Shown here one piece after another: positions 10,184 through 19,672 of a DNA stretch of 64,000 nt. The stretch covers positions 62 through 64,061 of the forward strand of contig CAMGOT010000001.1 of NCBI GenBank assembly GCA_946060685.1, read 5' to 3'. A model generated the notes under the pieces. The model ran no database searches, was not told the origin of the DNA, and was given only the letters and a program-made list of their open reading frames with translations. How positions within the stretch are numbered: the stretch's first letter is position 1; every line of letters starts with the position of its first letter. The stretch is from an uncultured Bacteroidales bacterium. GTDB taxonomy: Bacteria > Bacteroidota > Bacteroidia > Bacteroidales > Bacteroidaceae. Both the position numbers and the translations under genes were made by a program.

Positions 10184-10828
10184 TCATTCATCAGCATGAA
10201 GGAGAAGAGGAAGGGAGAGGGGAGGAAGGGCTGTGCTGCTACAGGCTATGCCATTGATGCCGGCATCGAGGAGCCGGAGTACAAAGTCTGGGGTGAATGC
10301 CGGGTGCTGGCCGTCCGTCGGGGATGCGGTGCAGAAAGCGCATGCTTCGCCGAATCGTGCCACCAATGGGATGTTGCAGCCTGCCGTGCGGATTTCCCTC
10401 GCCAGTTCCAGCGCTTGAAAGGCAGGCAGCTGAACATAGTCGGCACCAGCCTTGGCCGCAGTGATGGCATCATCGGCATTGTCGGTCCAGACTCCCGTCA
10501 GCTGCGGGGAATCCTCGCCTAAAGTCTCCCTTGCCACATGGAGGGCGGTGCTCACCGGACGAGGGCTTTGCAGCACGATGCCCGATGGCTTCTTCCTGCT
10601 TTCTGACAGGGCGCGTATAGCCTCTGCGGAGAGAAAAACCCCATCGGCAGTAGCATCGCGCACGGCCTCCACATCGTCCTGAAACACCAGATAGCAGCCT
10701 GCTGCATGGCAATCGTGCAGCCATGAGGCAGCCTCGTCGGGATGGTAGTCGGTCTGTATCCAGCGGCAACCCGCTGCTAAAGCCTCAGCAATGCCAGAGG
10801 CTGGGATAATGTATTGTACGGGAATCAT
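10184..10828 (-). CDS. degenerate thiamine-phosphate synthase (ThiE/TenI)-like TIM barrel
   Basis: ALAAGCRWIQ, FQDDVEA, ADGVFLS, AGADYVQ, AGINGIA follow the ThiE pattern, but canonical motifs are altered. Confidence 0.6.
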   Translation of the reverse strand: MIPVQYIIPASGIAEALAAGCRWIQTDYHPDEAASWLHDCHAAGCYLVFQDDVEAVRDATADGVFLSAEAIRALSESRKKPSGIVLQSPRPVSTALHVARETLGEDSPQLTGVWTDNADDAITAAKAGADYVQLPAFQALELAREIRTAGCNIPLVARFGEACAFCTASPTDGQHPAFTPDFVLRLLDAGINGIACSSTALPPLSLPLLLHADE

Positions 10829-10908
10829 AGGCAAACAAAAGGTGGGGGGACAGTCGCAGTTTTCACGCCAAAGCGCGGAGGAAACGCTTTTTAACGGTAA
10901 ATTTTCGG

Positions 10909-10999
10909 CAAAGTTACGTACAAAACGGTAAAAAGGTGGGGATGTTTGTCAAAAAATCCTATCTTTTTTTGCGTTATCCGCTCTTTTGCACTATTTTTG
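10909..10999. promoter_or_regulatory. divergent -7 boxes (TAACTTTG minus 10909-10916; TATTTTTG plus 10992-10999)
   Basis: Two TAnnTTTG matches between divergent genes. Confidence 0.55.
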
Positions 11000-11146
11000 C
11001 GCGGATTTATAGCGGGGGCAAATGGCCAATGTCCTGTAGGCAACGATGCGTTTTTGGCATCAGTTTCCTGTTTGTTTCTGTTCTGGCCAATGCCCTATCC
11101 CCCCTTTTCTCCGTTGTCGTATCATATTCCCTTTATATTATAAATA

Positions 11147-13528
11147 ATGAGTAAGATAGTTAGTAAGGAGCAGTTCTCCGAGAAAGTATTCAAGTTCGTC
11201 GTAGAGGCTCCCCTGATTGCCCGTGCGCGCCGTGCCGGACATTTCGTGATGGTCAGGATTGATGCCCATGGCGAGCGCATCCCCCTGACGATTGCCGATG
11301 CCGACGTGGACCGAGGCACCATTACACTCGTGGTGCAGGCTGTGGGAGCCGGCACCATCCGTTTGTCACATCTTGAAGCAGGCGATGAAATCAAGGATGT
11401 GGTAGGCCCGTTGGGACGTCCCACCCATATCGAGCGTTTTGAGCATACCGTGCTGTGTGCAGGAGGCGGTGTGGGAGTAGCGCCGATGCTTCCCATTGTC
11501 CGTGCGCTGAAGGCAATGGGCAATCGCGTGGTGACCGTACTGGCCGCCCGCACCAAGGAACTCATCATCCTGGAGAAGGAGATGCGCGAAAGCAGCGATG
11601 AAGTCATCATCATGACCGATGACGGCAGCTACGGCCAGCAGGGTGTGGTGACCAAAGCCCTGGAACAAGTGATAGCCCGCGAGAAGGTGGACAAATGCTT
11701 TGCCATCGGTCCTGCCATCATGATGAAATTCTGCTGTCTGACGACGGCAAAGTATGGCATCCCCACCGATGTTTCGCTGAATACCATCATGGTGGATGGC
11801 ACGGGAATGTGTGGCGCTTGCCGAGTGACAGTGGGAGGAGAGCGTAAATTCGTGTGTGTGGACGGTCCTGAGTTTGACGGTCATGCCGTGGATTTCGATG
11901 AGATGCTCCGGCGCATGAAGGCCTTCTCTCATGAAGAGCACGAGGCGATAGAGCATGAGCAACAGATGGAAGCAGCCGGTGCGGCCTGGGGCACGACGGA
12001 CACGTGCGCCGTAGAGCAGCCCCCTGCAGCGCCTGTTTCCGCAATGGCAGCGGGTGAGCCTGCGGCTGCAGTGCCGGAAGACCCCTCGCGCGATGCGGAA
12101 TGGCGACGGGCGCTCCGCACAGCTATGAAGCCCAAGGAACGGATGGCAATAGCGCGTGTGGAAATGCCCCATTTGGAAGGCAAGGTTCGTGCAAGGCTCC
12201 TCCGCGATGAAGTGAATCTCGGATTGAGCCTGGAGCAGGCCCAGCGTGAGGCTCACCGTTGTCTGGACTGCGCCAATCCCGGATGCCGGCAAGGATGTCC
12301 GGTGGGCATTGACATTCCCCGTTTCGTCAAGCATATCGAGGCAGGCGATGTGATAGCCGCTGCTACCACCATCCGCGAAACCTCCTCGCTTCCTGCAGTG
12401 TGTGGCCGCGTGTGCCCGCAGGAGAAGCAGTGCGAGAGCCAGTGCATCCATCTGAAGACGGGCCACGAAGCAGTGGCCATCGGCTATCTAGAGCGTTTTG
12501 CCGCCGACTATGCCCGCGAGCATGCCGATGCCATGCCCGCGGCCGTTCCCGCCCCTTCCACCGGAAAGCGCGTGGCCGTGGTGGGAAGCGGTCCTGCCGG
12601 ACTCTCCTTTGCCGGAGAGATGGTGAAGCACGGTGTGGAGGTGACGGTGTTTGAGGCCCTGCACGAAGTGGGTGGTGTGCTGAAATACGGCATTCCGGAG
12701 TTCCGCCTGCCCAACAGCATCGTGGAGACGGAAATCCGTAGCCTTGAAGCCCAGGGCGTGCGCTTCCTGACCGACTGCATCGTGGGCAAGACCATATCCG
12801 TGGCAGAATTGCAGGCAGAAGGCTATGATGCCGTGTTTGTGGCAAGCGGTGCCGGACTGCCCAATTTCATGGGCGTGCCGGGCGAGAACCTCAATGGCAT
12901 TCTCTCCTCCAACGAATACCTCACCCGCTGCAATCTGATGGATGCCTCCAATCCCGATTCGGAGACCCCCATCTTCTTCGGGCGTAAGGTGGTCGTCGTG
13001 GGAGGAGGCAATACGGCGATGGACTCCGTGCGCACGGCCTTGCGTCTTGGTGCCGAGACCGCCACCATAGTCTATCGCCGGTCGATGGACGAGATGCCGG
13101 CCCGTGCCGAGGAAGTGCGCCATGCCGAGGAGGAAGGCGTGCAATTCCTGACGCTCCACAATCCCTTGGAGTATCTTTCCGACGATACCGGTCGCGTGGC
13201 AAAGGTGGTGCTTCAGCAGATGGAACTTGGCGAGCCTGATGCCAGTGGACGCCGTCGGCCCGTGCCCGTCGAAGGAGCCACCGTCACGCTGGATTGCGAC
13301 CTCGTCATCGTGGCAGTCGGCGTGAGTCCCAACCCCATCCTCCCCGCTTCCGTGGAAGGACTGGAATTAGGCCGCAAGAATACGATTGCCGTCGACGATG
13401 AGATGTGCTCCAATCTTCCAGGCATATATGCCGGAGGCGATATTGTTCGCGGAGGTGCCACCGTCATCCTTGCCATGGGCGACGGTAAGCGCGCGGCACA
13501 GTCCGTCCTGCGGAAATTAGGCTTGTAG
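11147..13528 (+). CDS. fused NfnA-NfnB type NADH-dependent ferredoxin:NADP+ oxidoreductase (often annotated PyrK-like/glutamate synthase small-subunit fusion)
   Basis: ERIPLTIAD, GGGVG, DGTGMCGAC..CVDGP (2Fe-2S); then CLDCANPGCRQGCP, CGRVCPQEKQC, GSGPAG, GGGNTAMD. Confidence 0.88.
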   Translation: MSKIVSKEQFSEKVFKFVVEAPLIARARRAGHFVMVRIDAHGERIPLTIADADVDRGTITLVVQAVGAGTIRLSHLEAGDEIKDVVGPLGRPTHIERFEHTVLCAGGGVGVAPMLPIVRALKAMGNRVVTVLAARTKELIILEKEMRESSDEVIIMTDDGSYGQQGVVTKALEQVIAREKVDKCFAIGPAIMMKFCCLTTAKYGIPTDVSLNTIMVDGTGMCGACRVTVGGERKFVCVDGPEFDGHAVDFDEMLRRMKAFSHEEHEAIEHEQQMEAAGAAWGTTDTCAVEQPPAAPVSAMAAGEPAAAVPEDPSRDAEWRRALRTAMKPKERMAIARVEMPHLEGKVRARLLRDEVNLGLSLEQAQREAHRCLDCANPGCRQGCPVGIDIPRFVKHIEAGDVIAAATTIRETSSLPAVCGRVCPQEKQCESQCIHLKTGHEAVAIGYLERFAADYAREHADAMPAAVPAPSTGKRVAVVGSGPAGLSFAGEMVKHGVEVTVFEALHEVGGVLKYGIPEFRLPNSIVETEIRSLEAQGVRFLTDCIVGKTISVAELQAEGYDAVFVASGAGLPNFMGVPGENLNGILSSNEYLTRCNLMDASNPDSETPIFFGRKVVVVGGGNTAMDSVRTALRLGAETATIVYRRSMDEMPARAEEVRHAEEEGVQFLTLHNPLEYLSDDTGRVAKVVLQQMELGEPDASGRRRPVPVEGATVTLDCDLVIVAVGVSPNPILPASVEGLELGRKNTIAVDDEMCSNLPGIYAGGDIVRGGATVILAMGDGKRAAQSVLRKLGL

Positions 13529-13541
13529 AAATTCATTGTCC

Positions 13542-13595
13542 TGCGGAAATTGCCGTCAGATGCTGTAGCGTCGTTGGCAATTTCCGCATTTTTCT
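13542..13595 (+). terminator. intrinsic terminator after nfn
   Basis: TGCGGAAATTGCC..GGCAATTTCCGCA followed by a T tract. Confidence 0.65.
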
Positions 13596-13839
13596 CATTT
13601 TCTTTATAGAAATTTGCCGCCGAATATCCGTTTGTTGTCAATAAAGTCTTAATTTTACGCTCGATTTTGCGCGTCAGACCATCGGGAAAAGCACTTTTCG
13701 AAGTCATCGGAGCGTCGGCGTGCATCCTGCCATGGCCGCAGTGCCATGAAAATCCCTACGTTTTTGTTCGAAAATACATCATTCTTTGCCTTTCTCATCA
13801 GGCATGCCCTTATTTACGGCTTAAACTCATATACAGAAT

Positions 13840-14793
13840 ATGTCAGAAAATCGCAGTTTAGTGAGCATCGCCGGTCTCTCGCGCGAGAAGATTCTTTATC
13901 TCATGGAAATGGCTCATGAGTTCGAGACTCACCCCAACCGGAAAATCCTTGACGGCCGCATCGTGGCCACCCTATTCTTCGAGCCCTCCACGCGCACGCG
14001 TCTGTCTTTCGAGACTGCCGCCAATCGTCTTGGAGCGCGTGTCATCGGCTTTACTGACCCCAAGGTCACTTCAAGCACCAAGGGCGAGACGCTGAAGGAC
14101 ACCATCATGATGGTGAGCAACTACAGCGACGTCATCGTGATGCGCCATTATCTGGAAGGGGCAGCACTCTATGCCAGCGAGTTGACACCAGTGCCCATTG
14201 TCAATGCCGGCGATGGAGCGCACCAGCATCCTTCGCAGACATTGCTCGACCTCTACACCATATTGCAGACTCAGCACACGCTGGAGCATCTGAACATCTA
14301 TCTTGTGGGCGACCTGAAGTACGGCCGCACCGTGCATTCCCTCATTATGGCGATGCGTCATTTCAGCCCCACCTTCCATTTCATCGCCCCCAAGGAACTG
14401 GCCATGCCAGCCGAGTACAAGCAGTACTGCCAGGCCAACGGCATCAACTACGTGGAGCATGAAGATTTCAACGAGGACATTATCGCCGGCGCCGACATTC
14501 TCTATATGACGCGCGTGCAGCGCGAGCGATTCTCTGACCTCATGGAATACGAGCGCGTGAAGGACGTCTATCTGCTGAATGCCTCGATGCTGGCAAAGGC
14601 AAAGCCGAACATGCGCATCCTGCATCCCCTGCCGCGGGTCAACGAAATCAGCCAGGATGTTGACGCCACGCCCTACGCCTATTATTTCCAGCAGGCGCTG
14701 AACGGACTTTATGCCCGCGAAGCCATCATCTGCGACGTGCTGGGCATCAGTCTCGATGATATCCGTGCCGACAAGAGCTATCTGAAGTTCTAA
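13840..14793 (+). CDS. pyrB: aspartate carbamoyltransferase catalytic subunit
   Basis: [29 protein letters not shown]. Confidence 0.98.
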   Translation: MSENRSLVSIAGLSREKILYLMEMAHEFETHPNRKILDGRIVATLFFEPSTRTRLSFETAANRLGARVIGFTDPKVTSSTKGETLKDTIMMVSNYSDVIVMRHYLEGAALYASELTPVPIVNAGDGAHQHPSQTLLDLYTILQTQHTLEHLNIYLVGDLKYGRTVHSLIMAMRHFSPTFHFIAPKELAMPAEYKQYCQANGINYVEHEDFNEDIIAGADILYMTRVQRERFSDLMEYERVKDVYLLNASMLAKAKPNMRILHPLPRVNEISQDVDATPYAYYFQQALNGLYAREAIICDVLGISLDDIRADKSYLKF

Positions 14794-14900
14794 GGAGCAT
14801 TGACATGATTCTTGCCATCCGAGTTTCCCGCCGTCAATGTAAAGGGAAGTGATGGCGGGAACGAACATTTCTCAACACACAGATTTCCATTTCCTCCCAT

Positions 14901-15368
14901 ATGAAAAGAGAACAACTTATGGTGGCGGCCATCGAGAACGGCACCGTCATTGACCATATTCCCAGCGACCGCCTTTTTGAGGTCATACGCCTCCTGCGCA
15001 TCGAGGAGCTCGACCACGACACCGTGTTCATCGGCTATCATCTGAAGAGCCGCGTGATGGGCACGAAGAGCATCATCAAGATTGCCAACCGCTTCTTCTC
15101 CGAGCAGGAGCTGAACAGCCTGGCAGTCGTGGCCCCCAACGTCACGCTGAGCATCATCCGCGATTTTGAGGTGGAGGCGAAGTTCCGCGTGGAGCTCCCC
15201 CATGAGATTTGCGGCATCATCAAGTGCAACAATCCCAAGTGCATCTGCAACAACGAGCCGATGCCTACGCGCTTCATCGCCCAAGGCAATACCGTGAAGT
15301 GTTATTATTGCGAGAAGGAGCAGGAACTCCCGGCCGTGAAGCTGACCGATGATTTGGGCAAGGCCTGA
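14901..15368 (+). CDS. pyrI: aspartate carbamoyltransferase regulatory subunit
   Basis: [10 protein letters not shown]; Zn site CNNPKC..CYYC. Confidence 0.97.
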   Translation: MKREQLMVAAIENGTVIDHIPSDRLFEVIRLLRIEELDHDTVFIGYHLKSRVMGTKSIIKIANRFFSEQELNSLAVVAPNVTLSIIRDFEVEAKFRVELPHEICGIIKCNNPKCICNNEPMPTRFIAQGNTVKCYYCEKEQELPAVKLTDDLGKA

Positions 15369-15463
15369 CCGTTGCCTCCCTCCTCTTCCCCTCCCTCGCT
15401 ATCCGACATATCTGCAATCCAACCTACCAAAAACCCTTATACCCCCTTTATTATTTCTCCAAA

Positions 15464-16741
15464 ATGATGGACACACAAATTTTCAATCTGATTGATGAAG
15501 AGCGCCAGCGCCAGATGCGTGGCATCGAACTCATCGCTTCTGAAAACTTCGTTTCTGACCATGTGATGAAGGCCATGGGCAGCGTGCTCACCAACAAATA
15601 TGCCGAGGGCTATCCTGGCAAGCGCTATTATGGTGGCTGCCAGGTGGTCGATCAGGTGGAGAGCATCGCCATCGAGCGCGTGTGCAAACTGTTTGGTGCC
15701 GAATATGCCAATGTGCAGCCCCACTCCGGTGCGCAGGCCAATGCAGCAGTGTTCCTCGCAGTATTGAAGCCGGGCGACACCTTCATGGGGCTGAACCTCG
15801 ACCACGGAGGCCACCTCAGCCATGGCTCCAAGGTGAACACCAGCGGAATCATCTATAATCCCATAGGCTACAATCTTAACCGTGAGACGGGCCGCGTAGA
15901 CTACGATGAGATGGAACAGCTCGCTCTCCAGCATCGTCCGAAACTCATCATCGGAGGCGGTTCTGCCTACAGCCGCGACTGGGATTATGCCCGTATGCGT
16001 CAGATTGCCGACAGTGTGGGGGCTATCCTGATGGTCGATATGGCACATCCCGCAGGTCTCATTGCCGCCGGTCTGCTCGACAACCCTGTGAAGTACGCCC
16101 ACATCGTCACTTCCACCACCCATAAGACGCTCCGCGGCCCGCGCGGCGGCATCATTCTCATGGGCAAGGATTTCGAGAACCCCTGGGGGCTGAAGACTCC
16201 GAAGGGCGTGACGAAGATGATGAGCCAGCTCCTCAACAGTGCCGTATTCCCCGGCATTCAGGGCGGCCCGTTGGAGCACGTCATCGCCGCCAAGGCCGTG
16301 GCATTCGGAGAGTGCCTGCAGCCCCAGTGGAAGGAGTATGCGCAGCAGGTGAAGCGCAATGCCGCAGCCCTCGCCGATGCTCTCGCCGAGCGTGGCTTCA
16401 CCATCGTGTCGGGCGGCACCGACAATCACTCCATGCTCGTCGACCTCCGTGCCAAATATCCTGATCTTACGGGCAAGGTGGCAGAAAATGCACTCGTGGC
16501 AGCCGACATCACCGTCAACAAGAATATGGTGCCCTTCGATTCCCGCTCCGCTTTCCAGACCAGCGGCATTCGCCTTGGCACGCCTGCCATCACCACCCGC
16601 GGCGTGAAGGAGGACATGATGCCCGTCATCGCCGATCTCATCGAGACGGTGCTCAATGCTCCCGAGGACGAAACGGTCATCGCCAGCGTTCGCGCCAAGG
16701 TGAACGAGATAATGCAGGCATATCCCCTCTTTGCCTGGTAA
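15464..16741 (+). CDS. glyA: serine hydroxymethyltransferase
   Basis: [40 protein letters not shown]. Confidence 0.98.
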   Translation: MMDTQIFNLIDEERQRQMRGIELIASENFVSDHVMKAMGSVLTNKYAEGYPGKRYYGGCQVVDQVESIAIERVCKLFGAEYANVQPHSGAQANAAVFLAVLKPGDTFMGLNLDHGGHLSHGSKVNTSGIIYNPIGYNLNRETGRVDYDEMEQLALQHRPKLIIGGGSAYSRDWDYARMRQIADSVGAILMVDMAHPAGLIAAGLLDNPVKYAHIVTSTTHKTLRGPRGGIILMGKDFENPWGLKTPKGVTKMMSQLLNSAVFPGIQGGPLEHVIAAKAVAFGECLQPQWKEYAQQVKRNAAALADALAERGFTIVSGGTDNHSMLVDLRAKYPDLTGKVAENALVAADITVNKNMVPFDSRSAFQTSGIRLGTPAITTRGVKEDMMPVIADLIETVLNAPEDETVIASVRAKVNEIMQAYPLFAW

Positions 16742-16793
16742 TCCCGTGAGGGACAGGCAAGCCCGTCCGACATCCCGAACAGACAGCTGATAG

Positions 16794-16842
16794 CGGACTC
16801 CCGGCTCCTGTGTGGAGACATTCCGGGAGTCCGTTTTCTTTT
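16794..16842 (+). terminator. intrinsic terminator after glyA
   Basis: CGGACTCCCGG..CCGGGAGTCCG followed by TTTTCTTTT. Confidence 0.7.
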
Positions 16843-16864
16843 CCATCCGTAATGCCCATCCCCT

Positions 16865-17443
16865 ATGAATCCCTTGCTTCCCCCCTTTCCCGGCGACGAC
16901 GAAGGCCGCTGGGAAATCCTTTCCACAGAATATCTCTTCCGACGTCCGTGGCTCACTGTCCGCCGCCATCGGATGCTGCTTCCTAACGGCCAGGAGCATC
17001 CGGAATACTATGTGCTGGAATATCCTACGTGGGTCAACGTCATCGCCCTGACCCCCGACGATAGGATGCTGCTTGTCCGGCAGTACCGTCCGGCTCTCGA
17101 TGTCACTCGCTATGAACTTTGTGCCGGCGTGATGGATGCCGCCGACGCTTCCCCCCTTGCCGCCGCCCGTCGCGAACTCCTTGAAGAGACGGGCTTCGGT
17201 GGGGGAGAGTGGAGCCAGCTGATGGTCGTGGGGCCTAATGCCAGTGCCATGACCAATGTCAGCGTGACGTTTGTGGCGCGTGGCGTACAGCCCCTGGAGG
17301 AGCAGCATTTGGATGCCACCGAGGACCTCAGTTTCCGCCTCTTCCATCGTTCGGAGGTCTACGCGATGCTTGCCGCCGGACAGTTTGCTCAAGCCCTGAT
17401 GGTAGCCCCCCTGTGGCGGTATTTTGCCGAGCATCCACTGTAG
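16865..17443 (+). CDS. NUDIX hydrolase (ADP-ribose pyrophosphatase-like)
   Basis: LVRQYRP, ELCAG..AARRELLEETG Nudix box. Confidence 0.9.
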   Translation: MNPLLPPFPGDDEGRWEILSTEYLFRRPWLTVRRHRMLLPNGQEHPEYYVLEYPTWVNVIALTPDDRMLLVRQYRPALDVTRYELCAGVMDAADASPLAAARRELLEETGFGGGEWSQLMVVGPNASAMTNVSVTFVARGVQPLEEQHLDATEDLSFRLFHRSEVYAMLAAGQFAQALMVAPLWRYFAEHPL

Positions 17444-17534
17444 GGCAAGGTCTTGTGCGGGCCTGCCGGCTGCCCTTGGCCATCTCCTTTTGCCGTTGCG
17501 GCGCGCATCGTCCGCACCTCGCCGGCCAAACACG

Positions 17535-17572
17535 ACGAAGCTGCCATCCCCTGAGAAGGATGGCAGCTTCGT
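17535..17572. terminator. stem-loop between convergent nudix and dgt genes
   Basis: 15-bp perfect stem ACGAAGCTGCCATCC / GGATGGCAGCTTCGT. Confidence 0.7.
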
Positions 17573-17591
17573 TGCTTGGATGCGTGCCTGC

Positions 17592-18920
17592 TCACACCAT
17601 CGGCAGTTGGTGTCCGTTGATTTTGCGGTAGAGGTCGAGGGCAAACACGTCGGTCATGCCGCTGATGTAGTCGATGACGGCCATGACGCGGTCGGGCAGC
17701 TTCGGGGCCTGGATGTCGTACTGCCCCGACACTTGTTGCAGCAGCAGTCGGGAGTAGGACTTTTCGGGATGGCAGATGGCATCCGTCATCAGTTCGAGGA
17801 GCGTGTAGATAATCTGGAATCCCGACAGGTCAATGTCCGTCACCTCCTTGCATTTGTAGATGCGCGTCTTGGAAAACTTCGCGCAGCGGCGGTAGCCGGT
17901 GAGCAGAGGTTCGGGCAGGCAGTCCACGAGTGCCCCCTCGAACGTTCCGGCCAGAATCTCTTCCTCATGGTCCACGAATGCCTGCACGCACGCCTGTTCC
18001 AGCGCGTTGATGGCCGAGGAGCGATAGTAGACGATGCGCTCGCCGCGGTCCACCACGTCGGGGTAGATGCTTCTCAATTCCTCCTGCCGCTCCTCCGTGT
18101 GGAATCCAAGCATCAGCTGCGAGGCTTCCTCGTAGGATAGCAGCCTCAGCTTGTAGGCATCCTCGATGTCCATCACCTCATAGCAGATGTCGTCGGCCGC
18201 CTCCACGAGATACACCAGCGGATGTCGCGCCCAGCGTTCGTGGCCGTTCCCCGCCGCGATTTGCGCGATGCCCAGTTCGCGGGCGATGGTCATGTATATC
18301 TCTTCCTCGGCGGAGAAGAATCCGAATTTCGGCCGTTCCACGAAATAGGAAGGGAAGGGATATTTCACCACACTCGCCAGGGTGCTGTAGGTCAGGCCGA
18401 ATCCCCCGCTCCTTCTGCCTTGGAACTGATGTGTGAGCAGTCGGAACGTGTTGGCATTGCCGTCGAAGTTGATGAGGTCGGTCCATAAGTTCCAGGGTAC
18501 GAGCGGCTGCAGTTCTTTGCCCTTCCCCTCGCGGAAGAAGGAGCGTATGGCCTCCTCTCCGCTATGTCCGAAGGGCGGGTTTCCCATATCATGTGCCAGG
18601 CAGGCAGCACTGACGATGGCACTGACGGACTGGAAGTCGGCCTCGGGCAGTTCGGGATGTCGTTCTTGGAGAATGCGCCCCACGTCGGTGCCCAGCGACC
18701 GCCCTACGCTCGACACCTCCAGCGAGTGGGTCAGGCGATTGTGTACGAACACGCTTCCCGGCAGTGGAAACACCTGCGTCTTGTTTTGCATGCGTCGGAA
18801 TGCCGAGGAGAAAATCAGACGGTCGAAATCGCGCTGGAACTCCGTGCGCTGCTCTTTGACCAGTGGCGAGGGCGAACTTTTGCCCAGGCGATGCGAGGAT
18901 AGAAGTTGTGGCCAGTTCAT
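17592..18920 (-). CDS. dgt: dGTP triphosphohydrolase (HD domain)
   Basis: FRRMQNKTQVF, NRLTHSLEV, AHDMGNPPFGH, AADDICY; start MNWPQ. Confidence 0.95.
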   Translation of the reverse strand: MNWPQLLSSHRLGKSSPSPLVKEQRTEFQRDFDRLIFSSAFRRMQNKTQVFPLPGSVFVHNRLTHSLEVSSVGRSLGTDVGRILQERHPELPEADFQSVSAIVSAACLAHDMGNPPFGHSGEEAIRSFFREGKGKELQPLVPWNLWTDLINFDGNANTFRLLTHQFQGRRSGGFGLTYSTLASVVKYPFPSYFVERPKFGFFSAEEEIYMTIARELGIAQIAAGNGHERWARHPLVYLVEAADDICYEVMDIEDAYKLRLLSYEEASQLMLGFHTEERQEELRSIYPDVVDRGERIVYYRSSAINALEQACVQAFVDHEEEILAGTFEGALVDCLPEPLLTGYRRCAKFSKTRIYKCKEVTDIDLSGFQIIYTLLELMTDAICHPEKSYSRLLLQQVSGQYDIQAPKLPDRVMAVIDYISGMTDVFALDLYRKINGHQLPMV

Positions 18921-19025
18921 GATGTCGGGGGGAAATGGGATAGAAGTCGAAAAGGAAGTCAGGGGCAGGGCGTGCAATTTGGCAGAAACGACAGATGCAC
19001 GCAACGTCCTGGCGTGAAACGTCGG

Positions 19026-19084
19026 CAAAATTAGCGTTTTTTTTCTGTTTTTGCGTGGCGTTACGCGTAAAATGTGTAGTTTTG
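19026..19084. promoter_or_regulatory. divergent -7 boxes for dgt (TAATTTTG, minus) and dut (TAGTTTTG, plus)
   Basis: TAnnTTTG matches at 19026-19033 and 19077-19084. Confidence 0.6.
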
Positions 19085-19228
19085 CAAAGCTTTTTCCCCA
19101 CTTGCGGCCGTTTGGAGCCTGCGTGGGCGGGGTGAGCGCCGAGTGGGCCCGTTCCCTCGACTTTAACCCTCCTCCTGACCTTCACCCCAACATTGTCTTC
19201 AACCTTCTTCTTGACGCACAGAGAAACT

Positions 19229-19666
19229 ATGCTACAAGTCAGCATCATCAACAAGTCTCACCATCCTCTTCCAGCCTATGCCACCGCCCAGAGCGCTGGC
19301 ATGGACTTGCGTGCCAACCTCGATGCCCCCATCGTTCTCCAGCCCCTGGAGCGTCGTCTCATTCCCACGGGTATCTACATCGCCCTGCCTCCAGGCCATG
19401 AGGGGCAGGTGCGTCCGCGTTCCGGTCTTGCCACGAAGCATGGCATCACCGTCATCAACTCTCCCGGCACGGTCGATGCCGACTACCGTGGCGAGCTTCG
19501 CGTGAGTCTGGTGAATCTCTCTTCCGAACCCTTTACCATTGAGGACGGCGAGCGCATAGCCCAGTTGGTGGTGGCTCGCCATGAAAGTGTGGAATGGGTG
19601 CCGGCTGAAACCCTCGACGAAACTGAGCGTGGCGCAGGGGGGTGGGGCAGCACGGGCACCAAGTAG
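19229..19666 (+). CDS. dut: dUTP diphosphatase
   Basis: [38 protein letters not shown]. Confidence 0.97.
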   Translation: MLQVSIINKSHHPLPAYATAQSAGMDLRANLDAPIVLQPLERRLIPTGIYIALPPGHEGQVRPRSGLATKHGITVINSPGTVDADYRGELRVSLVNLSSEPFTIEDGERIAQLVVARHESVEWVPAETLDETERGAGGWGSTGTK

Positions 19667-19672
19667 GGCTGC

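Noticed and set aside
10835-11146. TPP riboswitch upstream of the thiE-like gene
   Set aside because: No CTGAGA / ACCTG core found
13506-13551. 14-bp direct repeat GTCCTGCGGAAATT as an att site
   Set aside because: Copies are only ~32 bp apart with nothing integrated; likely a local duplication forming the terminator arm
13600-13839. pyrB attenuator or leader peptide
   Set aside because: No convincing terminator, PyrR loop or leader ORF visible
17592-19666. dGTPase/dUTPase/NUDIX as an anti-phage nucleotide-depletion island
   Set aside because: The dgt-dut-TPR-DUF4292-EnvC arrangement is ordinary Bacteroidales housekeeping synteny
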